Source of the DNA: a virus
Lineage: Duplodnaviria; Caudoviricetes
Strand: one strand, 5' to 3'
Virus record (IMG/VR): IMGVR_UViG_3300044878_000186
Coordinates: 1 to 32,044 of that record
DNA length: 32,044 nt
The notes under the pieces are model-generated. The model saw nothing but the letters and a program-made list of their open reading frames with translations, searched no databases and was not told the DNA's origin. The translations under genes were made by a program, and so were the position numbers. Positions 1 through 8,862 of the stretch are shown piece by piece. How positions within the stretch are numbered: position 1 is the first letter of the stretch; every line of letters starts with the position of its first letter.

Positions 1-574
1 TGACCACGTCGGCGACGTCATTGCGCGCCATGCCGGTGTCGCGCGAAGTCTCGATGATCTTCTGCGACACCTGCTATTCTTTCGGATCGTTGGCAATGCC
101 GGCCTTGATCGCGATGTCACGCACGATGGCTCCGAAGTCGGCACTGACCTTGGTCGCAATGCCCACCGTCGCCACCCCGGCAACGGCCTGACCGACCGTG
201 CTTCTCATCCCGGCCTTGCCGGCGTCGATCTGCTGGTACCCCTTGGCCTTGAGTTCCGCCTTGTTCGCGGTCTGCCCCAAAGAGCGGTACGCCTTTTCCA
301 GCCTTCCGACCTCGATCCCCTGTTTCTTTAGGCTATCAAGGTTGGAATTCAGGCGACCCAGCAGTTTGGACGCCCCCGCGGCACCGCTATCGTGGGCCTT
401 TTTCCACTCATCACGCAGGCGAATCGTGTCGCCAATGGTGCGCTGCAGCACGCGTGCCTTGTTGCCTTCCGCTTCCAGGCGCTTGATGCGCCCCGTTACC
501 TCATTGAACGCGGCGCCGACGGTAGGACTGACGGCCCCGCCGATCACCAACCCGAGGGAGAGTTTGTTCGCCAT
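1..574 (-). pseudogene. Phage tail tape measure protein, N-terminal part, interrupted by in-frame TAG at 74-76
   Basis: Follows the tail chaperone genes; helical Ala/Lys/Gly-rich N-terminus. The frame continues past the stop as QVSQKIIETSRDTGMARNDVADVV to the window edge. Confidence 0.75.
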
Positions 575-612
575 GTCATGGCTCCCCTGTGCAGAGCATT
601 ACCGGAAGCGGC

Positions 613-729
613 TCAATCCGTGAGCCACCACACCATCTCGGAGAACGGCATCGACTGAATCTCGGCGGCGGAGAACCCGGTGTCCGCCGCGAGACGCTTC
701 GCCACCCTCTTCATCACCCCCGGATCAAA
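613..729 (-). CDS. GpE'/gpT-like tail assembly chaperone extension (frameshift product or short ORF from ATG at 714)
   Basis: Not in the ORF track. Reads FDPGVMKRVAKRLAADTGFSAAEIQSMPFSEMVWWLTD* in the +1/-2 frame, overlapping the chaperone stop, at the canonical position before the tape measure. Confidence 0.7.
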   Translation of the reverse strand, partial: FDPGVMKRVAKRLAADTGFSAAEIQSMPFSEMVWWLTD

Positions 730-1324
730 CCCCGTCGTCTTGCTCCAGGCGAAAATAGCCGGCCTGGAGGCGGTTGTAGTCCACCACCTTCAGGCCTTCC
801 AGATCGGCAATAGCTGCGCCGGCCAGATCCGCGAACAGCACCAGCTCGCGCTGCTCATCGTCACCGCCTGCCGCTCGATCAGCGGCCCGCACTTCGCGCA
901 CCGTCGGTGAGCGCAGGATCAACTTGTCGACCTGCACTCCGTTGACCTCGCTCGGACGCGACAGGCTGACCACGGCGTTTTCGGCGGTGACCGACAACCA
1001 GGCCGGGAGCGATTTCGAATAGTCGGCGTGCGGCACCAGGTTCGAATAGGCTGCCTGCAGGCGGCGATAGTCCACCACCTTCAGGCTCTCCAGATCCTTG
1101 AGGCCCGCCTCCGCCAGGCTGGCGAACAGCTGCAGCTCGCGCAGTTCGTCATCGTCACCGGCGGCGCGGTCGGCGGCGCGGACTTCGCGCACCAGCGGTG
1201 CACGCAACACCAACGTATCGATCTTGACCCCATTGAACTCGCTCGGTCGCGAGAGGGTAATCACCGCGCGATCCGTGTCGATCGACAGCCAGGCCGGCAG
1301 CTTATTTGCAGTTTGCATGGTCAT
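725..1324 (-). CDS. Phage tail assembly chaperone (Mu gp41/P2 gpE-like) with two tandem domains
   Basis: Between tube and tape measure; two ~97-aa copies of LPAWLS...SRPSE.NGV..D.L.LR.P.VREVRAADRAAG.DDE.REL.LFA.LA...LKVVDY.RLQA.Y. Confidence 0.85.
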   Translation of the reverse strand: MTMQTANKLPAWLSIDTDRAVITLSRPSEFNGVKIDTLVLRAPLVREVRAADRAAGDDDELRELQLFASLAEAGLKDLESLKVVDYRRLQAAYSNLVPHADYSKSLPAWLSVTAENAVVSLSRPSEVNGVQVDKLILRSPTVREVRAADRAAGGDDEQRELVLFADLAGAAIADLEGLKVVDYNRLQAGYFRLEQDDGV

Positions 1325-1338
1325 CCGGTTCTATTCCC

Positions 1339-1842
1339 TTAGAGGCCGAGTGCGGAGCGCACTTCGGCGAGTTGGTCTACGCCATCGATCACCTGAATCC
1401 CGGCAATCATGTCGATTTCGTACATCACGCGGCCGTCGATTTCGAGCTTGTAGTACACCGGCGCGATGGCGTGTTTGATCTCCGCTGGATCGCCGGCTTT
1501 CCAGTCACCGAGGTCGACCTCTTTCAGCAGACCACGTAAGGTCGCCACCACCGCCGTAACGGTGCCTTTGTGGCCACGGAAGGCACCACGGAACGACGCG
1601 TTGAACGCTGAGCCATCGGCCAGGCCGAAGTGCTTGAGCGACTCGCGACGCACGCCCTTGGTGACAAAGGTCGCTTCCATCTTTTCCAAGCCTTGAGCCA
1701 TCTCGATAGCCCCGGCCATGCCGCCGGCTCGGTACTCGTCGGTTTTCACTGTCACCTTGGGTAGGGTCAGACTCGGCACGTCGCCGGTAAAGTTCACGCC
1801 GTCAACGAACAGGTTGGTGTTAAACAAGATTTGAGGAATCAT
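1339..1842 (-). CDS. Major tail tube protein (P2 FII-like)
   Basis: 167 aa; NLFVDG, EYRAGGM.G, YYKLEIDG motifs; downstream of sheath. Confidence 0.93.
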   Translation of the reverse strand: MIPQILFNTNLFVDGVNFTGDVPSLTLPKVTVKTDEYRAGGMAGAIEMAQGLEKMEATFVTKGVRRESLKHFGLADGSAFNASFRGAFRGHKGTVTAVVATLRGLLKEVDLGDWKAGDPAEIKHAIAPVYYKLEIDGRVMYEIDMIAGIQVIDGVDQLAEVRSALGL

Positions 1843-1854
1843 CTAGCGCGCTCC

Positions 1855-3018
1855 TTAAGCGTCGAGGACTTCGGTCAGCCACTGGTTGGTGACTTCGATC
1901 AGGAAGTTCGGGTTTTCCGCCGGTGGCACGTCGGTGAAGCGGATGCGCCAATACACCTTGCCCTGCTCGATCTGGCTGGCGGTGTTGAGCTCGGTGTCAG
2001 CGAATACTTCAAAGTTGATGATCGCGCCGGCGTTCTTCTGATCGCGCATGAACGCGTCCAGGCCTTCGGTCACTTCCTTGACGTAGGTCTTGGTGATCGA
2101 GCGGTCGACCGCCCATTTGTGCCCCGCCTGGATCGCATCCATCAGGATGTCGCAGGTGCGCACACGGGTGACGAACGACCATTTCGGGTCGCTGGACAGC
2201 GTGCGGTTACCCCACAGGCGATAACCGCCGTCGCGAATGATCGTGGCGATGAACGCGTTGTTCAGCAGATTGGCCCGGCACGTCTCGTCACCGTCCAGGT
2301 ATTCGATCGGGCGGGTGGTACCGGTGATGCCGACAAACTCTTTGTTAGACGGCGACGCCCAATAGCCGTAGTTGGCATCGGTCCAGGCGAACAAGCCCGC
2401 GACCCAGGCCGAACCCGGGGCATCGACTGTCGCACTCTCGATCGTGTCCCAGACCTGCACACCCGGATCGACCATGTAAATGCGCTTGCTGCCGAAGTTC
2501 TCGGCATATGCCATCACCGCTTCATCGGTGGTATTCGGACCATCGACGATGGCGATCGCGCGCAGCTTACCGGCCAGGGCATCCATGGCGGTCGCCACCG
2601 CCTGGGCCGAGGAATGCCCCGGGGCAACCAACAGCTTCGGCTGGGCGTTGTGCACGCTCTTGCCATCGAGCAGCGCCTGCAGGCCGGTCCGCTGGCCGGA
2701 CGCCAGAACGCCACCGATGATGGCCGAGGTTTGCTGCGCCTCGTCCTCCAGCTTGGCCACACCCACCGCGACGATCACGGTCTTGGCGCGCACGTAGATG
2801 GCCGCTGCCGCTTTGGCGATCGCCGAGCCCGCACCGAACGCGGCAATGGCTTCACGCTCACTGGTGATCAGCACCAGGTCGTTAGCTTTGGCCGTGGCGG
2901 TCGGGCCCGGAGTGAAGGTGTCGCACAGGCCGATGATCGAGGACGACGGCAGCGAAATAGTCCGCGCCCCCGTATCAATCAGCGAAGTCGTGACGCCGTG
3001 AAAAAAGGAACCACTCAT
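1855..3018 (-). CDS. Contractile tail sheath protein (P2 FI-like)
   Basis: FFHGV N-terminus, GYWASPSNK, GYRLWGNRT, PPAENP motifs; start ATG at 3018 (or 3024) after GGAG. Confidence 0.95.
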   Translation of the reverse strand: MSGSFFHGVTTSLIDTGARTISLPSSSIIGLCDTFTPGPTATAKANDLVLITSEREAIAAFGAGSAIAKAAAAIYVRAKTVIVAVGVAKLEDEAQQTSAIIGGVLASGQRTGLQALLDGKSVHNAQPKLLVAPGHSSAQAVATAMDALAGKLRAIAIVDGPNTTDEAVMAYAENFGSKRIYMVDPGVQVWDTIESATVDAPGSAWVAGLFAWTDANYGYWASPSNKEFVGITGTTRPIEYLDGDETCRANLLNNAFIATIIRDGGYRLWGNRTLSSDPKWSFVTRVRTCDILMDAIQAGHKWAVDRSITKTYVKEVTEGLDAFMRDQKNAGAIINFEVFADTELNTASQIEQGKVYWRIRFTDVPPAENPNFLIEVTNQWLTEVLDA

Positions 3019-3090
3019 AGTCAATCTCCAGAAACGAAAAGGCCCCGCATGAGCGAGGCTGTGAGGGGTGATCGTGTTACGCGTAACGGG

Positions 3091-3121
3091 AAAGAAAACG
3101 CCCCGTCAGTGCGGGGCGTTT
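3091..3121 (-). terminator. Rho-independent terminator after the fiber chaperone gene
   Basis: AAACGCCCCG-N6-CGGGGCGTTT (3096-3121) with a U-rich tail on the minus strand. Confidence 0.75.
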
Positions 3122-3722
3122 ATTGCTCTTGCGCTTCCAGCCAAGGCGGCGCGATCGGGCGATGATCCATCAGGGGAAACTCCACGCCTTGCGGCCACTC
3201 GCGCAACTGCCGGCGGTAAACCTGCAAGGCGGTGTATTGCTCAGCCGTGAGGGTGGTCGACAGGCCGCTTTCCACTTCGTCGCGGTGACGCGAGACAACG
3301 CCGTCAGAGCGCAAGAGTTGCAAGTCTCGCCAGATCCGCTCGGCGCTCTCCTGCTCGGCCAGCGTCGCGGCCAAGGGGGCCGCCAACATCGGGGCACCGT
3401 GGTCATCCACCACAATGCGCTGGCCGGCGGCTTGCCCTTCCAGCAAGACGCGGTGCGCGTCCAGGGTGATCGCCACCCCGCCGTTGTCTCTGTCCAGGAA
3501 CAGGAAGCGCTGGTCTTGCTCGATCCATTTGGCCCAGATCATCGGCGCAGGGGGTACCACCAGCACCGGGGCGCCCTGCTCATCGGCCACGATGATCATC
3601 CCCGCGCTGAGCCCTTGCATCAGCGCCGCATAGTCGGCCTGGCTGATTTCAGCGCCGCCGTTGTCGACTTCAGCGAACAAAAAGGCCTGATCCTCATCCG
3701 ACCATTTAACCCATACCGTCAT
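3120..3722 (-). CDS. Tail fiber assembly chaperone (Tfa-like) with duplicated N-terminal domain
   Basis: Directly after the fiber; C-terminal ER.WRD..L...D...YRRQLREWPQ...FP...RP..P motif; two 59-aa N-terminal repeats. Confidence 0.8.
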   Translation of the reverse strand: MTVWVKWSDEDQAFLFAEVDNGGAEISQADYAALMQGLSAGMIIVADEQGAPVLVVPPAPMIWAKWIEQDQRFLFLDRDNGGVAITLDAHRVLLEGQAAGQRIVVDDHGAPMLAAPLAATLAEQESAERIWRDLQLLRSDGVVSRHRDEVESGLSTTLTAEQYTALQVYRRQLREWPQGVEFPLMDHRPIAPPWLEAQEQ

Positions 3723-5668
3723 GGCGAGGTTCCTTTTGCAACGTAGTGACAGACTGCCCCCGCGATGTTGCAGCGGCCGTTAAAGCCAGACGCGGTTAGA
3801 GAGTCGGCCCATGCTGATGATGTTGTGGTCGAGGGATTTATCGGCGTGATAATGACCTCATCCGCCCGCCCAAAACCTTGCGGGAACGTTACAGGCACCG
3901 CCGCCCCAGGCGTGGCGCTGGCGGTGAATGTCCCCCGGCATTCTTGCTGCCCATTGGGCAGTTTTTGATAGCCGCTGACCGCGTTAGAGCCGGCGAACAT
4001 GGCGGAGTAACGCGCCGCGATTGTGCCGCCGATCAGGCGCCACTGGCCGCCGAGACGGAGAAATTCGGCGGTGTCGCCCTGCACGAGCCCGATGTTGCCG
4101 ACCATGCCGTTCAGCGTGTTGAGCGTATCGCCCGCCCCTGGCACCACCGTGACCAACCCCGTCCCGGCATTCGCGACGGTGATAATTGCCGCTGCCGTCG
4201 CGGGAATGGTGCTGGTCGCCGGCAGCGTACAGCCCAACTGGGCCGCGCTGGAAAAGCTGGTCAGCCCGCCCACCTCGCTCAACGTCAACACGGTGTTGGC
4301 TGTGACCGCCAGGTAACTGGAGTACTGCAGGCCCTGTCGCCGTACGTATTCAGTGGTAGGGAAGGTTTTGTCGTTGGAGAACTGCGCCGGTGTCGTCCAG
4401 TTCGGCCCGGACATCACACCGGCGTATTTCAGTGCGACCGTGCCGCCGATCAAGCGCCACAAGTTACCAATGCGTACAAACTCGGCAGTGTCCCCCAGCG
4501 CCAGCGAGATGCTGCCGACGTAGTTGATTGCATCAATTTGCTCCGCCGGATCACAGGTGACGGTGAGCGTGCCCAGGCCGCAGATAATCCCTACGGTCGC
4601 GCCGCGCGGAATGGTGCCACCGCCCACCGGCAGCGTCGCCACCATCGCCCCACCACTGGCAAAGGCGGCCACCTTGCCGATGTCCGCGAAGGTCAAGACC
4701 GCTGACGCCGAGTAGTTGGTGTAGTCGCCGTATTCAAGCCCCATGCGCTTCAAGAACGCCGCAGTGACCAGCCGTAGCGACGAGTCGAATTGCGCCGGCG
4801 TGTTCGCCGTGGGGTTGACCAGCGCCGGGGCGTTGATTGGGGCAAAGCCGGCCGTCACGTTCTGGAATGTCAGCGCCGTGGTGCCGACCACAATCGCCCC
4901 ATCGGTGACCAACTGCCAACGGGTATCCGCTTGCGAAGCGCCCTGCTCGACTGACGTCAACAGCGCCGAGGTCACTTCAGCGTTGCTGTCGGCATCCGCC
5001 GCCCGCTTCCACGCCAGTGACGCCACCAGCCAAAGGCCATTGTCCTTGGCCACAACTTGGTTTTTCACCAGCACGCGATCACCGGCCGCCAAAGCCACGC
5101 CGTCGACCGTCTGAAGCCCCGCCAACACGATGTTGGCCGTAGTGGCCACCCGTACCGATTGCTTGCTGTCGAGCTTATTCAGCTCTTCGGTGATCTTCGT
5201 ATCAACATATTCGCGGGTAGCCAACACCACCGCCGGGTCAATTTTGAGCGTGATGTTGCCGGTGCTGGCTACAAGGAAATTCATCCGCACCACTTGCGTG
5301 CGGCCCGAGCCTTGCGCCAGCACCGGCTTGTAGCTCGGCGCACAGTTGGCCACCGCGACCAGGTCGTCGTCCGCGTCGTAGAGGCCGATTTCACGAATCC
5401 ACCACCCGCCCTCATTGGCCGGGATAATCTGCTCGGCAATGATCACCGTCGCGTCGTTCGGGTCGACGCGCACCTGATTCAGCGGCTGACGGCGGCGCTC
5501 ATTGATCAGACTGGTTTGCGCCGCGCTGGGCACCGGGTCTGTGCCGTTGGCATCGCCCACGCCCATTTTGGCAAAGGTCCAGGCAACGCCGAGCGCGTCG
5601 GCGTTCGCCTGCTTGGCCATCCCCACATTCGTGAGGGTGGCGAAAAACTGCGAATTCGCATCAATCAT
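3719..5668 (-). CDS. Tail fiber protein (P2 gpH-like N-terminus, two repeated domains, gp53-like C-terminus)
   Basis: GGWWIREIGLYD, PSYKPVLAQGSGRTQ and IDPAVVLATREYVD anchor motifs; C-terminal GYQKLPNG...VTFPQGF. Confidence 0.92.
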   Translation of the reverse strand: MIDANSQFFATLTNVGMAKQANADALGVAWTFAKMGVGDANGTDPVPSAAQTSLINERRRQPLNQVRVDPNDATVIIAEQIIPANEGGWWIREIGLYDADDDLVAVANCAPSYKPVLAQGSGRTQVVRMNFLVASTGNITLKIDPAVVLATREYVDTKITEELNKLDSKQSVRVATTANIVLAGLQTVDGVALAAGDRVLVKNQVVAKDNGLWLVASLAWKRAADADSNAEVTSALLTSVEQGASQADTRWQLVTDGAIVVGTTALTFQNVTAGFAPINAPALVNPTANTPAQFDSSLRLVTAAFLKRMGLEYGDYTNYSASAVLTFADIGKVAAFASGGAMVATLPVGGGTIPRGATVGIICGLGTLTVTCDPAEQIDAINYVGSISLALGDTAEFVRIGNLWRLIGGTVALKYAGVMSGPNWTTPAQFSNDKTFPTTEYVRRQGLQYSSYLAVTANTVLTLSEVGGLTSFSSAAQLGCTLPATSTIPATAAAIITVANAGTGLVTVVPGAGDTLNTLNGMVGNIGLVQGDTAEFLRLGGQWRLIGGTIAARYSAMFAGSNAVSGYQKLPNGQQECRGTFTASATPGAAVPVTFPQGFGRADEVIITPINPSTTTSSAWADSLTASGFNGRCNIAGAVCHYVAKGTSP

Positions 5669-6269
5669 AATAAATGTCCAGGGTGTCTATGGAGTGTTCG
5701 CGGCCAACCAAGCCGAAGGTGCCGCTGACCTCGATGTCACGCGCAACCGGCGGATAAACGTCGATTTCGTCGCCTTCGTAAACGCTGACCGCGACGTTCA
5801 AAACGCCTTGGCTTTCGAGGCTGATCGCCAAGCTCGTCAGATGTCGCGTCACCGGCTTGGCGTCGTCGATCAGGCGTTCCAGCTCCTGATACATTTCCTC
5901 GGTGATCCCGGTGTCCAGCACGCCGACCTTGAGCGCGAAGGTGCCCGGCACCCCTTCGGGCACCGTGTTGAACCACTCGACAATCTCGATCAGGTAGCCC
6001 AAGGGTTCGACCACCCGGCGCAAGGCGCCGATGGTGCCCTTGTGGGCATGGATGTAATACGACGCCTTGATGGCCGCGCGCTTGGTCGCCTCGCTCCACC
6101 GGTAATCCCAACGATCGACTGACCAGGCCCACGCCAGGTGCGGCAGCAAATGCACCGGGCAGGTGTCGGCGTTGTAGAGCGTGCGCAGCGGGACAATGGT
6201 TTTTTCGTAGAACGCCGCCTCCATGGCGCGCTCCAATTGCGTGCTGTTGCTCGGCAGTAGGCTGTTCAT
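5661..6269 (-). CDS. Phage tail protein I (P2 gpI-like)
   Basis: LLP.N.T.LE, LLPHLAWAWSVDRW, H.HKGTIGALRR motifs. Confidence 0.93.
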   Translation of the reverse strand: MNSLLPSNSTQLERAMEAAFYEKTIVPLRTLYNADTCPVHLLPHLAWAWSVDRWDYRWSEATKRAAIKASYYIHAHKGTIGALRRVVEPLGYLIEIVEWFNTVPEGVPGTFALKVGVLDTGITEEMYQELERLIDDAKPVTRHLTSLAISLESQGVLNVAVSVYEGDEIDVYPPVARDIEVSGTFGLVGREHSIDTLDIYYD

Positions 6270-6270
6270 G

Positions 6271-7152
6271 TCAGCCCGCCATGGTCACGGTGAAGCCAGT
6301 ACAGAACGCCGCCTGAGCCCTTGTTGGGGCCAGATCGACCCAGCCGATCAACTCGACCCGGGACACGCCGGCGATGTGCAACTGCGCGTCCACCGCCGAG
6401 CGTGCCACCTCGACGCCCAAGCGTTTGCGCGGATTGATCCAGGCCGCGAGACGGTTGGTCGCTTCGGCCAGGCTGGCATCTGCCTCAGGGCCAGCGCCGG
6501 CCATGTGCAAAATGGCATCGATGCGGTAGTCGATAATCTGCGCGCTTTGCACGGTCAGCCGATCACCCACCGGCCTGACGTCGTCGTCATTCAGCGCCGC
6601 CTTGACTGTGGCCAGTAGCTCAGGACTGGCCGTACCTTTGCCCTCGGAACTCAGCACCGTGACTGTAACGTTGCACGGCGCCGGACTTTCGGCCGTGGCG
6701 TCAGCGACCAGACCCGACGCATTGCGCGCATGCAAGATGTAACTATTACGCGGGCCGGCCGTGGTCAGCCCTTCATAGGCCAACTGAATGCGCTCACGGA
6801 ACGGATCGTCCTCTTCCTTGACCTCCGGTACCGGCGGCACCGCCTGCAGATCCTCGGCCTGAATCACCAGTCGCTTGAGATTGACGTTGGCTCCCAAGTG
6901 ATCGAGGTCTTCGCGAATAGCGTGTGCCAGTAACAGTGCCTTGCCGGCGTCGTTGACCCGGGCGCGGTTACCGACCTTGAGGTAGGCGCCGACTTCCAGC
7001 ACCTTGGTGACTGGGTCGCTTTCCAGCGCAGCACTCCAGTTGTCGCCCATGTAGCTGCGAAAGACGCCCAAGCCTTCCTCGTACACCGCTTCGAAATCCA
7101 ACGGTTCCAGCACGCTCGGCGCAGGAAGCGACGACAGATCAACGATGCTCAT
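6271..7152 (-). CDS. Baseplate J-like protein
   Basis: DLSSLPAP, ESDP, TTAGP..SY, VRPVGD motifs; W-J-I gene order. Confidence 0.93.
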   Translation of the reverse strand: MSIVDLSSLPAPSVLEPLDFEAVYEEGLGVFRSYMGDNWSAALESDPVTKVLEVGAYLKVGNRARVNDAGKALLLAHAIREDLDHLGANVNLKRLVIQAEDLQAVPPVPEVKEEDDPFRERIQLAYEGLTTAGPRNSYILHARNASGLVADATAESPAPCNVTVTVLSSEGKGTASPELLATVKAALNDDDVRPVGDRLTVQSAQIIDYRIDAILHMAGAGPEADASLAEATNRLAAWINPRKRLGVEVARSAVDAQLHIAGVSRVELIGWVDLAPTRAQAAFCTGFTVTMAG

Positions 7153-7475
7153 ACGCCCACCTCCAACAGCACGCCGTCACCCAGGTACTTGCCAGCGATT
7201 TTCAGATTGATTTGCCCGCCGATCACCGAAATGACCCGCACCTGGTCCAGCTTCAAACGCGGCTCCCAACGCCCCAAAGCCCTGGCGGCCTCCGCCTGCA
7301 CGGAGCTCTTCCAGCCTTCGTTAACGGGCAGGTCGACAAAGCGTCGCAGCGAGCTGCCGTACTCTGGTCGATGCCGCCGGCTGCCCAATGGCGTGCCCAG
7401 GATGTCGCCGATGGACTGCCGTAAATGCTCGATGCCGGAAATGGGTTGGCCGGTGTGGCGGTCCATTCCGATCAT
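7149..7475 (-). CDS. Baseplate wedge protein (gpW/gp25-like)
   Basis: HLRQSI.DIL.TP.GSR..RPEYGS and WEPR motifs. Confidence 0.93.
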   Translation of the reverse strand: MIGMDRHTGQPISGIEHLRQSIGDILGTPLGSRRHRPEYGSSLRRFVDLPVNEGWKSSVQAEAARALGRWEPRLKLDQVRVISVIGGQINLKIAGKYLGDGVLLEVGV

Positions 7476-7480
7476 CGGAG

Positions 7481-7729
7481 TTACTCCCTCAGCAGTTCGA
7501 ATTCATCATGGGCTTTCAGAAACTTGACCGCCTCGGTGTCAGAGCCGGGGACTTCGACCATGCCCTTTGCTACCGGCAGACTGCGCTGCGTCTCGGGCAG
7601 GATCATCTGACGGGAGGTGTAAACCTTGTCGCGAAACTTCATCAGCGTCGAAGTCGGTACTAATGCCGGCTGCGGCAAGGCTTCAAGGCTCGCTGGTAAA
7701 TCGATGACTGGCGTATCGCTCTTGGCCAT
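7481..7729 (-). CDS. Hypothetical phage protein
   Basis: Fills the V-W gap; GGAG SD before ATG at 7729. Confidence 0.7.
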   Translation of the reverse strand: MAKSDTPVIDLPASLEALPQPALVPTSTLMKFRDKVYTSRQMILPETQRSLPVAKGMVEVPGSDTEAVKFLKAHDEFELLRE

Positions 7730-7785
7730 GTGTTTGCTCCAGACATAAAGAAGCCCGCTCATGGCGGGCCTTTGGAAGATTGAAA

Positions 7786-8343
7786 TTAATGCGTGTGATG
7801 GTTGCTGTTGCCGCCGGCGTCGATGATCGCGCCGGCACTGGTGATGCCGTTCGTGACGTGTAACGCGCCGTCGATGGTCACTGCCGCTTTCAGGTTGATG
7901 TTCCCGGTGGTCACGTTGACGGCGGCGTCCGTTACGACCACTTCCGTGCTGGCGACTTTGATGGTCACCGTGCCGCTCGGCAGGGTGATGCTGTAGCTCT
8001 TGGCCTGCCAGTCGTAGACCAGCGAACCGCCATCATCGAAACGCCAGACTTCCACGTGATCGCGATTATCCGGTTGGCCACCGGCATCCCCGTACAGCCC
8101 GGGAATGAAGGTGCCCATGCCGGCCTGGCCGCTGGGATTGAACAGCACACCCTGCTCATTCAAGCTCGGCGCCCGCCAGTGACGGGCCTTGCCGGCGGCC
8201 AGACTGTGCCAGCGCACCCACGCGCTGACCCAATCACCGGCCTGTACCCGAACCATGGCCGCCGCCAGATCCACACCAACCACCACGCACGGCATCAGCA
8301 TGGCGGCAATCATGCGGTCATGCTCGGCAAGGGCGTAGCTCAT
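7786..8343 (-). CDS. Baseplate assembly protein V (tail spike)
   Basis: W.APS..EQ motif, F.DG....YD, C-terminal HxH (NHHTH); ATG at 8343 overlaps the upstream stop. Confidence 0.92.
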   Translation of the reverse strand: MSYALAEHDRMIAAMLMPCVVVGVDLAAAMVRVQAGDWVSAWVRWHSLAAGKARHWRAPSLNEQGVLFNPSGQAGMGTFIPGLYGDAGGQPDNRDHVEVWRFDDGGSLVYDWQAKSYSITLPSGTVTIKVASTEVVVTDAAVNVTTGNINLKAAVTIDGALHVTNGITSAGAIIDAGGNSNHHTH

Positions 8344-8858
8344 GGCACATCGTCCGCTGGAAAGAATGCCTCTTTCGGGTCGTGATTGAAACCGAACCAC
8401 AGCGAGCCCGGTTGCTCATCCGGCCATGGCCATTGTTGTGCACCGAGGTAGATCTGCTGATTCCACTCCACCAGCCAAACGGTGTAGCCGTCCAGTTCCG
8501 GCCGGGTCCAATCCTGTCCGGCCTGAATGAACACCGCCGGTTCAACCGCCAGCCCCCAGGTCTGCGCCCGTAAAATCACCGCAAGCTGGGTGGCCATTTG
8601 CACGGCCTGCTGATGATGGTGCGGTTTGATCGGATCGACGACGATGCGCGCCTCGAACCGGCAAACCAAGGTCGTTTCCCCGGTACCGATATCGACGCCC
8701 GGTTCAATCTCGGCCATCTCCAGAAACACCGCCGGCAACGCCACTCGATCTTTAATGTTCGGCCAGGCCGTCACCGCACACACACCCGGCAACTCCGCCA
8801 GCAGTAGTTGCTCAACGGCCCGGTAAAGCTGATCCAGGCTAAAAGGCTCTTCCGACAC
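8340..8858 (-). CDS. Putative tail completion/terminator protein
   Basis: Position between Z-like and V genes; PAVFLE and W.VEW.Q motifs. Confidence 0.6.
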   Translation of the reverse strand: MSEEPFSLDQLYRAVEQLLLAELPGVCAVTAWPNIKDRVALPAVFLEMAEIEPGVDIGTGETTLVCRFEARIVVDPIKPHHHQQAVQMATQLAVILRAQTWGLAVEPAVFIQAGQDWTRPELDGYTVWLVEWNQQIYLGAQQWPWPDEQPGSLWFGFNHDPKEAFFPADDVP

Positions 8859-8862
8859 GGCA

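Noticed and set aside
1831-3165. Long plus-strand ORFs opposite structural genes (also 9707-10888, 12848-13846, 19396-20331)
   Set aside because: Antisense shadows of high-GC coding sequence; no motifs, and they fully overlap well-supported genes.
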